From assembly GCA_904501985.1 (NCBI GenBank), contig CAJGCT010000004.1:3629-67628 (forward strand): a stretch of DNA of 64,000 bases, read 5' to 3'. The DNA comes from an uncultured Clostridia bacterium. GTDB lineage: Bacteria > Bacillota > Clostridia > Oscillospirales > CAG-272. The notes beneath the pieces are model-generated. The model searched no databases, had not been told where the DNA came from, and worked only from the letters and a program-made list of their open reading frames with translations. Made by a program: the position numbers and the translations under genes. Positions 56,360 to 64,000 of this stretch are shown here, piece after piece; positions within the stretch are counted from its first letter, which is position 1, and every line of letters begins with the position of its first letter.

Positions 56360-57724
56360 TTATTCATCATCCTCGGAAGATTCCCCATCATCGTCTTCAT
56401 CCACTGGGAACGGTTCAAGACGCAAAAGAACAGCGGATTCTATCTGATGCTCCACTATCACAGGATCGGTTATCTTCATTCCCCACGCTTCAAGTGTAAA
56501 TGATTCACCGTCGTCGGGTATCGAATCAAGCTCCGAGAACACCATGCCGCTGAAGGTATCAAAATCATCGGCAGGAATATCAAGCTTCATAGTCTCGGCA
56601 ATCTCGTCAAGCGGAACATTTCCTGTAAGCTTCCAGGTAAGCTCGCCTGTCTGTGCAAGCTCTACCGCAGGTTTCTCATTTTCCGCATCGTCACCGAGGT
56701 CACCCACAAGACGTGTAATGAGGTCGTTCATGGTGACAATTCCTCGCATACCGCCGTACTCGTCAAGCACCACGGCAAAGGTTTTTCCGCCCTTTTTCAT
56801 GTTGCGGAACAGAACGTCTGCTTTTACGCTTTCCGGTACGAAATATGGCTTCTTCACCGCTTTTTCCATCACGGCATCACGTCGCTTGTCATCAAGACGG
56901 AAATAATCCTTGAGATACAGCACACCCACAACGTCGTCAACGCTTTCGCCGCAAACGGGATAGAACATATGACACTTATCGTGTATAGCACTGTTCCACT
57001 CCTCGTCCGATTCATCAAGCCACAGCATCGTTACATCTGTTCTGTGAGTTGCAATCTCACCGGCGGTGAGATCGTCAAACTCAAAGATATTTTCGATGAA
57101 AGTACGCTCTTCGTCGTCTATTGAACTGCTTTTTGCGGCGGAATCCACCATAACGCGGATATCCTCCTCGCTTACGTCATTATCTATTTTGTTTGGATCA
57201 ATGCCGATAAGACGAAGCACCAAATTAGTGGATACTGTGAGCATCCATACGATAGGTGCGAACAGCTTTGCGATAAAGCTGATAAGCTTTGCAAGAGAAA
57301 GTGCTGTCTTTTCGGGATTTCGCATTGCGGCTCTCTTCGGAACAAGCTCGCCGAATACAAGTGTGAAATATGAAAGAATCAGCGTAATAAGAACTACAAC
57401 AGCGGCGTCAAGTGTGGATTCCGACACTTCCTTGACTCCAAGAGAAACAATCCACTTTACAATAGGGCCGGAAAAGTTTTGTGCCGCAAATGCAGAGCCG
57501 AGAAATCCTGCAAGTGTTATGGCTACCTGTATTGTTGCAAGGAATTTAGCCGGCTTCGATGTTAATTTAAGTAATTTTTTGGCGCGTTTATCGCCATCCT
57601 CGGAAAGCTTTTCAAGCTTTCCCTCGCCTACGCTTATAACAGCTGTTTCCGCATACGCAAATATTGCATTGAGTGCGATAAGAACTATCTGAAACAAAAG
57701 CATAAGCCATAAATTGCCTTCCAA
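56360..57724 (-). CDS. CNNM/DUF21-CBS-CorC_HlyC family membrane protein
   Basis: N-terminal polytopic domain, tandem CBS region, a C-terminal CorC-type domain and an acidic tail. Confidence 0.85.
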   Translation of the reverse strand: MEGNLWLMLLFQIVLIALNAIFAYAETAVISVGEGKLEKLSEDGDKRAKKLLKLTSKPAKFLATIQVAITLAGFLGSAFAAQNFSGPIVKWIVSLGVKEVSESTLDAAVVVLITLILSYFTLVFGELVPKRAAMRNPEKTALSLAKLISFIAKLFAPIVWMLTVSTNLVLRLIGIDPNKIDNDVSEEDIRVMVDSAAKSSSIDDEERTFIENIFEFDDLTAGEIATHRTDVTMLWLDESDEEWNSAIHDKCHMFYPVCGESVDDVVGVLYLKDYFRLDDKRRDAVMEKAVKKPYFVPESVKADVLFRNMKKGGKTFAVVLDEYGGMRGIVTMNDLITRLVGDLGDDAENEKPAVELAQTGELTWKLTGNVPLDEIAETMKLDIPADDFDTFSGMVFSELDSIPDDGESFTLEAWGMKITDPVIVEHQIESAVLLRLEPFPVDEDDDGESSEDDE

Positions 57725-57987
57725 AATATGTCCTCCTAAAATACTTTTATTGAGTGTTTAAAATAACGTCGACGTCTAATCATTCACGCCTCGGAAGGAT
57801 GCGTCTTTTTGACACCCAAACGGTATATATATACTTTACCGTGCATAAAGGAGGGTTAGTATGGCCACCGCCATCCATTATAGATTTTCACCTGCTTTCG
57901 CATTTACATTTAGATTATTATACAACATCTTGCGTGTTTTGTCAATAGCTGTAGGCAAGATATAACGGACTTGTCTCGGAATATCAG

Positions 57988-58022
57988 AAAAAACGCCTCG
58001 GAGTGCGTCCGAAGCGTTTTTT
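57988..58022 (-). terminator. Terminator after the PPIase lipoprotein gene
   Basis: AAAAAACGCTTCGGA...TCCGAGGCGTTTTTT on the minus strand. Confidence 0.75.
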
Positions 58023-58046
58023 AAAGTCTATAAATTATGCCCTGAC

Positions 58047-59156
58047 TTATTTAACAGTCTTTGCGTTATTTATAATAAAGTCGTGAACAATAACATCAGA
58101 GAGGAGATACTGCTTGATGTAGGGTGCGCCGTAGGTTTCAACATATCCGTCATAGCCGTTAGCGGTGATATCATCATCACTTACGGTAAGTCCCTCAAGC
58201 TCTGCAATTGCCTGAGCCGCGAGGAAATTGAGAGCGGTGGTCTCATATGTATCACTCTGAGACTCGATATAAGCATCAACGGAGTCGTAGCCGCCGGACT
58301 TCATATAATCTTCAACGGTCATTCCGTACATAGCCGCATAATACTCAAACTGCGCCACATCTGCATTTATGAAGAAATCAAGCACCTCTTCAGGTATTTC
58401 CTCGCAGGATGCTCCGGAAAGAATGCCGTTTACGAAGTTATACTTCTGAGTCTGCACAAGCCATGCCTTTATATCGTCGATAAGTGCCTCTGCGCTGTCA
58501 AAGCCGTAATCTGCGGCAATTTCATCAGAAAGCTCGGGGGTTACGGTTTCAATAAGCTCGCCCTTTATGTAGTTTACGGTGATGTTGAATATAGCATCCT
58601 TACCGTTAAGCTCATCATTTCCGTAATCCTCGGGGAATGTTACCTCGATGTCGAAGTTCTCGCCGGGCTTATGACCGATAAGCTGCTCAAGAAAATCGTC
58701 GATATACTGTGTCACGCCGATTGTAACATCAGTGCCGAGACCGCCTGTATTTCCGCCCTGGAATTCTACGCCGTCAATGCTTCCCACATAGTCGATGTTT
58801 ACAGTATCGCCGTCGGCAATAGCCTTGTCTGTGATCTCCTCGTAAATATCCTCGGAGTAGGATTCAAGAATAATATCAATTTCACCCTGGAGAGCTTCTT
58901 CGGATGCCACTGTAACGGACTCGGGAAGCTCAACGCCCTTGTATTCGGGGAGTGTCACTATCTCGGATGCCTTTATCCCTTCGAAAAATCCGTTCTCGTC
59001 AAGTCCCGCGCTGTAGTCATATGCTTCGGTGTCAGCGGTCGTGTCCGATGCGGTATCGGTGGTATCGGTGTTATCGCCGCTGTCTACTCCGCAGGCACAT
59101 ACAGATGCGGCAAGCGCACCTGCCATAATAAGTGCCAAAAATCTGTTAAACTTCAT
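58047..59156 (-). CDS. Trigger-factor-like FKBP-type peptidyl-prolyl isomerase lipoprotein
   Basis: AAGGAGA lies upstream of the ATG at 59156. Signal peptide with lipobox (LAASVCACG). FKBP block GDTVNIDYVGSIDGVEFQGG...FPEDYG. Confidence 0.8.
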   Translation of the reverse strand: MKFNRFLALIMAGALAASVCACGVDSGDNTDTTDTASDTTADTEAYDYSAGLDENGFFEGIKASEIVTLPEYKGVELPESVTVASEEALQGEIDIILESYSEDIYEEITDKAIADGDTVNIDYVGSIDGVEFQGGNTGGLGTDVTIGVTQYIDDFLEQLIGHKPGENFDIEVTFPEDYGNDELNGKDAIFNITVNYIKGELIETVTPELSDEIAADYGFDSAEALIDDIKAWLVQTQKYNFVNGILSGASCEEIPEEVLDFFINADVAQFEYYAAMYGMTVEDYMKSGGYDSVDAYIESQSDTYETTALNFLAAQAIAELEGLTVSDDDITANGYDGYVETYGAPYIKQYLLSDVIVHDFIINNAKTVK

Positions 59157-59313
59157 TTTAAATTTCTCCTTAGTCGATTTGTGATAATTGGAATCATACA
59201 TAAAACGTAATTATTATACCACACATTTTCACCGATTGCAAGGGGAATTTTGTGATGTAAAATATATTTTTTGTGAACGTTTTCGGGATTTTGTGTGAAA
59301 AGCGGTTTCACAC

Positions 59314-59342
59314 TTGACAAAATTTCGCTTTTGTTATATAAT
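59314..59342 (+). promoter_or_regulatory. hisS promoter
   Basis: TTGACA, 17 nt, TATAAT. The leader is only about 40 nt. Confidence 0.65.
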
Positions 59343-59384
59343 ATCTGTATATTTATTGCAAATTTCTGAAAGGATATCAAATCA

Positions 59385-60626
59385 ATGAAAATCACACCTG
59401 TTAAGGGCACTGCCGACTATCTTCCCGCCGAGGTGCTTGTACGCGATTATCTTCAGTCTACCATTCTTGAAACATACCGCTCCTGCGGTTTTGAACGCAT
59501 AACCACGCCCATAATTGAGGACATTGAAAATCTTGACAAATCCGAGGGCGGTGAGAACCTTAATCTTATATTCAAGATAATGAAGCGCGGAGAAAAGCTT
59601 GAGGAAGCGGCTTCTTCCGGCAATCTTAAGGAGCTTGCCGACATGGGTCTTCGCTATGACCTTACTCTCCCTCTCACTCGCTATTATGCCAACAACAGAG
59701 CAAAGCTCCCTTCTCCGTTCAAGGTAATTCAGATAGACAAGGTATACCGCGCCGAGCGTCCTCAGAAGGGTCGTATGCGCGAGTTTGTTCAGTGCGACAT
59801 TGACATAATCGGAAGCGACTCCTATACCGCCGAGGTTGAGCTTATCGGCACCACTGCAAAGGCGCTCCTTAACATAGGATTTGATAATTTCAACATCAGA
59901 ATCAACGACCGCCGTCTTCTGAAGGCTATTATAATGAGTGCCGGATTCGCTGAGGACGACTGCGATTCTGTGTGCATTTCTCTTGACAAGCTTGACAAGA
60001 TAGATGTTGCCGGAGTTCGCGAAGAACTTGTTGAAAAGGGCTTTGATGCCGCCAATACGGACAAGCTTATGGCAAATATCGCCATAAAGCCTTTTACTTT
60101 GGAAACTGCCGCTTCCATATGCGGCGAGCTTGACTGCATTTCAAATCTTCGCCGTATTATGGAGCTTGCAAATACCGCTTCACACGGCAAATATTCGGTT
60201 ATCTACGATATGACGCTTGTACGCGGTCAGGGGTACTATACCGGCACTGTTTTTGAGATTTCCAGCCCCGAATTCAGAGGCGCAATCGGCGGCGGCGGAC
60301 GTTATGACAATCTTATAGGCAAGTTCCTCGGCGAGAGCATCCCTGCTGTAGGCTTTTCCATTGGTTTTGAGCGAATTGCAGGCATACTTCTCGATAAAAA
60401 CTACAAGCTCCCCGGCAAAAAGCCGCGTATGGCACTTATATACGACGAGGAGACCTTCCCTGCGGCACTGGGTCACGCTGATGAGCTTCGCCACGAATAC
60501 GATGTTACGCTTTTCGAAGCTCCGAAGAAGCTTGGCAAGCTTTTTGCCCGTCTTGAAGAGAGCGGCTACGACTGCTGCATGGTAGAGGGCAAGGATGAGA
60601 TAAAGCATCTCGGCGAAAAAGTATGA
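59385..60626 (+). CDS. hisS: Histidine--tRNA ligase
   Basis: Class II motif 2 context YRAERPQKGRMREFVQCDIDIIG, GGGRYDNL, and a C-terminal anticodon-binding domain. Confidence 0.9.
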   Translation: MKITPVKGTADYLPAEVLVRDYLQSTILETYRSCGFERITTPIIEDIENLDKSEGGENLNLIFKIMKRGEKLEEAASSGNLKELADMGLRYDLTLPLTRYYANNRAKLPSPFKVIQIDKVYRAERPQKGRMREFVQCDIDIIGSDSYTAEVELIGTTAKALLNIGFDNFNIRINDRRLLKAIIMSAGFAEDDCDSVCISLDKLDKIDVAGVREELVEKGFDAANTDKLMANIAIKPFTLETAASICGELDCISNLRRIMELANTASHGKYSVIYDMTLVRGQGYYTGTVFEISSPEFRGAIGGGGRYDNLIGKFLGESIPAVGFSIGFERIAGILLDKNYKLPGKKPRMALIYDEETFPAALGHADELRHEYDVTLFEAPKKLGKLFARLEESGYDCCMVEGKDEIKHLGEKV

Positions 60627-61552
60627 AAATAATCACGCTTACTCTGAATCCCGCATTTGACGTACACTGCGGGATTCCTCATTTTGAGCCGTTTCACGAA
60701 AACCTTGCTGTAATCACCGCCCGTGAGGCAGGCGGTAAAGGCGTTAACATTTCCCGTGCTCTTACCTTAAACGGAGTTGACAATCTTGCGCTTGTAGTGC
60801 TTGGAGAGGAAAACGGAAGCGATTTTAAGCGCGCACTCGATGCGGATTCCATGAAATATCTGGAAATATCCGTTCCGGGGCGCATCCGCGAAAATATCAC
60901 GCTCCACGCTGACGATGCTGACGAGACGCGCATCAGCTTTACGGGATTTGATGCGGATGATTCGCTGATTTCCCGTACAGAAGCCGTTCTTCTTCCCTAT
61001 GCCAACGATGATTGCATTATCACCTTTACGGGACGTGTGCCGTCGGGCATATCAATGGAATCTGTAAAATCAATGCTTCGTGAATTCATGGAGCGTGGCG
61101 CAAAAATTGTAATTGACTCCCGTTCTTTCTCAAAGGATGACCTTATCGAAATAAAGCCGTGGCTCATAAAGCCAAATCAAGAGGAAATAAGCTACTACCT
61201 TTCCCGTGAGATTGAAAGCTTTGATGATACCCTTTTGGCGGCAAAGGAGCTTAATTCTTTGGGAATTGAAAATGTAATGATAAGCCTTGGCTCAAAGGGG
61301 GCGCTTCTTGTGTGCTCCGAGGGGGCTTTTACGGCTGTACCGCCGAAAATCGAGGCGGTATCTACCATCGGTGCCGGCGACAGCTCAATTGCAGGCTTCC
61401 TTGCGGCGACAAAGCTTGAAAAATCTCCGGAAGAAGCTCTTCGCACCGCCGTGGCATACGGAACTGCCGCCTGCATGAGTGCCGGCACGCGTCCGCCACT
61501 GCCCTGTGATGTTGAAGCTATATATGAAAAAATCAGCACAAACAAGCTTTAA
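60623..61552 (+). CDS. PfkB-family sugar kinase (1-phosphofructokinase-like)
   Basis: TLNPAFD, AGGKGVNISRAL, and C-terminal GAGDSSIAGF. A 4-nt overlap with hisS. Confidence 0.8.
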   Translation: MKIITLTLNPAFDVHCGIPHFEPFHENLAVITAREAGGKGVNISRALTLNGVDNLALVVLGEENGSDFKRALDADSMKYLEISVPGRIRENITLHADDADETRISFTGFDADDSLISRTEAVLLPYANDDCIITFTGRVPSGISMESVKSMLREFMERGAKIVIDSRSFSKDDLIEIKPWLIKPNQEEISYYLSREIESFDDTLLAAKELNSLGIENVMISLGSKGALLVCSEGAFTAVPPKIEAVSTIGAGDSSIAGFLAATKLEKSPEEALRTAVAYGTAACMSAGTRPPLPCDVEAIYEKISTNKL

Positions 61553-61694
61553 CCATCTGCACTATCCGACATATTTTTTGTAATATACAGCATATTTTTG
61601 AACATTATATTGAAACATTTGTGCAATTATACTCGCAATATATTTATAAACGGAAACAATATCAAGGATTATACGATAGTAATTCCCGAACAAC

Positions 61695-61730
61695 AGATGG
61701 GCGAAACCGTTAATTCGGTTTCGCCCATCT
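61695..61730. terminator. Bidirectional hairpin between the convergent kinase and M20 genes
   Basis: 15/16-bp stem AGATGGGCGAAACCG / CGGTTTCGCCCATCT. Confidence 0.7.
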
Positions 61731-61791
61731 TCTTATTCATTTTGACCTCAAGGTGTTTTATAAGGGATACAGGGGTTCAGAAGCAAAACTT

Positions 61792-63051
61792 TTATCCCAA
61801 AATCTTAAGAATATACGCTGCAATAGTTTTTGTATATTCCAAAAATTTATCACATTCAATAAACTCATTAGGCTGATGCGCGCCGCCTTCCTTACTGAAA
61901 TCGCGGCCTGCACCAAACCCGTAAGCACGATCGCTTCCATATTTCGAAATGACAGAAAGATCAGAAAGACATGAGCCGCATACAATAGGTTCTTCGCCTG
62001 TTGCTTCTTTTGATGCTTTTAACATAATCTTTACATCTTCGCTGTTAGGCTCGCAAAATACATAATGGAAAAATCTTGTAGCAGGCTTAAACCCTTCTCC
62101 CACAATTCCAAGCGGAGCAAGGCGGTTTTCCAAAACCTTTTCAAGTTCAGCAAATTCTTTATAAATTTCATCTTTGGTTTTATCTGTGTAATAAACGAAA
62201 TATACTTCACCTACGCCCAAATCCATTCCGTTGTTTCCGGCGCGAACGCCCATATATCTCAAAGACGTTTCGGGTATGATCGTTCCCTTATAGAATCTGT
62301 TTTCCTCCAATTCATTACGACGATTTTTTGCAAATTCCTCTATAACATCCAAGACAATCGGCAATGCTTCAGCTGTTAGTTTGGCACTGTCAACAGTATC
62401 TTTGGTATGATATATATATTTTACTTCTCCGCCACCGGAACCGCAATGCCATATCTGTCCCTCTACTCCGTCCATGCTTACTATTCTTTTTGAAGGGTGT
62501 TTTATAACTGCAGCCAACGCACCATGTGAACCGCCGTATTCTTCATCAGAATATGCCGAGAACACAAGATTAGCCTTAGGGGTAAAACCCTCTTCTTTTA
62601 AAAGTTTTACAAGAAAAAGAACCGTTGCCAAAGCATATTTATCATCACAAGCACCTCTGCCATAAATCTTTCCGTCTTTTATCTCGCCGGAAAGCGGATC
62701 AAATTCCCAGTTGTCGGGGTTTCCTATTTCAACAGTATCGGTATGCGCCATAAGCATAAGCTCGTTTTTGTCCTCTATACCCTTCCATACAGCCGAAACA
62801 TTATATCTGTTTTCCAAGCCTCGTCCGGGCAGATAGTCCGGATGATTCTCAAAGTCTGCTATTTCCAGCGGCGAATACAGTTCACTCTCCATACCAAGCT
62901 CCCCGCATAAAGCATGTATGTGTTTGGCTAATTCCTCTTCGTTACCATAGCTTTTGAAACTCTCGGAATTTATTTTGATAAAAGAACTAAGCAGTTCAAA
63001 TAATTCGCTTTTTCTTTCTTCAATTAAATTTAAAAAATGATTTATATCCAT
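61792..63051 (-). CDS. M20 family metallopeptidase (ArgE/DapE/ACY1 type)
   Basis: MAHTDTV, GRGACDDK, SDEEYGG. Confidence 0.85.
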   Translation of the reverse strand: MDINHFLNLIEERKSELFELLSSFIKINSESFKSYGNEEELAKHIHALCGELGMESELYSPLEIADFENHPDYLPGRGLENRYNVSAVWKGIEDKNELMLMAHTDTVEIGNPDNWEFDPLSGEIKDGKIYGRGACDDKYALATVLFLVKLLKEEGFTPKANLVFSAYSDEEYGGSHGALAAVIKHPSKRIVSMDGVEGQIWHCGSGGGEVKYIYHTKDTVDSAKLTAEALPIVLDVIEEFAKNRRNELEENRFYKGTIIPETSLRYMGVRAGNNGMDLGVGEVYFVYYTDKTKDEIYKEFAELEKVLENRLAPLGIVGEGFKPATRFFHYVFCEPNSEDVKIMLKASKEATGEEPIVCGSCLSDLSVISKYGSDRAYGFGAGRDFSKEGGAHQPNEFIECDKFLEYTKTIAAYILKILG

Positions 63052-63141
63052 ATGTATGTACCTCCAAAAAGTATTGATTTTTCATTTTACTTCTTTATAC
63101 AGAGACTGCTCATTTCGTTCATATCGACGATTCCATAACGC

Positions 63142-63172
63142 AAAAATTCGCCCGTTAAACGGGCGAATTTTT
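63142..63172. terminator. Hairpin terminator downstream of the NagB-like gene
   Basis: 13-bp stem AAAAATTCGCCCG / CGGGCGAATTTTT. Confidence 0.7.
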
Positions 63173-63315
63173 AAGCCCTGACAAATTACAAGGCAGAAAG
63201 CAAGCACGAAATATGGGAAAATTCAAATCTTGTGCCCGACGGCTCCTTCAGTCAGCTTCGCTGACAGCTCCCTTACGGAGGGAGCCATTTGCCTTGTGCA
63301 AACAATAATTTTGTA

Positions 63316-64000
63316 TCAGTTGCATTCAGCTACCAGCGGACCTGCAAGCTCTTCAAGGAAGAACAGCTTGCCGGGGAGCGTGGGAATGTAGGAAGATGTG
63401 ATCCACGGTGTCTTTCCGTAACGGAGAGTCATCCACAGAGAGAGTCCCTGCCACTGCATTCCGCGGCCGAGAGTACCGTCAGCACCGCCGATTGCATAGT
63501 CAGCCTTGAGGAAGAGACCGGGACCGATGGTGTTGGCACGGCAAGGAACGAGCGGAGTTCTTGACTTGAAGCTGGTGAGAGCGTTCTGCTCGACGGTAAG
63601 GGGATGAATCTTAGCCGCGATGCGGTAAGGTGCTGCTTCCCACTCTGCGGCAGATGCATAATCAGCGGCGAAGGTAGGCTCCCAGAATGCGATATGGCAC
63701 ATTCTGCCTATACCGTATACAAGAACCAGCTTTGCGCCCTCAGCCTTAAGAGCGTCGATCTTTTCGGGATATGTGGGGAGATTTGCCTTAGTTGCGAAGT
63801 TTCTGTGATCCTTCGGAACGGTCAGCTCGCCAAGGGGATTGAAAAGTGCCTGCTCCATTGCATACTGGAATGCACCGCTGTTGGTAGGCTCAAGGGTGTT
63901 GCCCTCAGAATCAGCCCACTCGTCCATATTGAAGGTATAAACGTGTTCGCAGGAAATATTCCAAGCTTTAATGAAGTATACCACCCACTTGTACATACCC
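63316..64000 (-). CDS. Glucosamine-6-phosphate deaminase/isomerase-like protein (N-terminus beyond the window)
   Basis: NagB-type FNMDEW motif. The reading frame runs off the right edge. Confidence 0.7.
   Translation of the reverse strand, partial: GMYKWVVYFIKAWNISCEHVYTFNMDEWADSEGNTLEPTNSGAFQYAMEQALFNPLGELTVPKDHRNFATKANLPTYPEKIDALKAEGAKLVLVYGIGRMCHIAFWEPTFAADYASAAEWEAAPYRIAAKIHPLTVEQNALTSFKSRTPLVPCRANTIGPGLFLKADYAIGGADGTLGRGMQWQGLSLWMTLRYGKTPWITSSYIPTLPGKLFFLEELAGPLVAECN

Noticed and set aside
59202-59384. Possible T-box leader upstream of hisS.
   Set aside because: The consensus promoter lies about 40 nt before the start codon. There is no specifier or antiterminator structure and no T-box sequence.
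63241-63300. Nested hairpin GGCTCC...CAGCTTCGCTGACAGCTCCCTTACGGAGGGAGCC, resembling 45172-45226 (…GCAGCTCCCTTCGGCTCGCTGC…), as a second repeat family.
   Set aside because: The shared string is only about 10-12 nt (AGCTCCCTT.CGG). That is insufficient to claim homology without a genome-wide search.

Overview
The window looks like chromosomal DNA from a spore-forming Clostridia member. sigG, spoVT and a SpoIID-like gene are present, a dockerin and SLH repeats point to a Ruminococcus/Oscillospiraceae-like fibre degrader, and GC is about 50% by spot counts. Most of it is ordinary core genome: polA (5' partial), ruvCAB, pheA, ecfA1A2T-truA, coaE, eda, purH, pyk, hisS, uxaC, peptidases and transporters. 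I found no rRNA, CRISPR, transposase or integrase. Three accessory regions stand out. (1) 21.3-35.0 kb holds a tandem array of four minus-strand paralogs with a jelly-roll domain plus a BNR/Asp-box propeller. They form two sub-families, and each pairs an exported member (one with a dockerin, one with SLH repeats) with a signal-less truncated copy. (2) 45.1-50.4 kb is a compact, low-GC, integrase-less filamentous-phage (inovirus-like) prophage. It carries a Rep_trans initiator, a Zot/pI-like ATPase, a Pf3-type major coat protein, a terminator after the coat gene, a divergent ribbon-helix-helix switch region, and imperfect inverted repeats at both ends. (3) A structured interspersed repeat of about 220 bp occurs three times, two copies in inverted orientation around an 8.6 kb segment. 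There is also a duplicated tRNA-Leu 3' end plus terminator that looks like an integration scar. All functional calls rest on motifs read from the translations. No database search was run.
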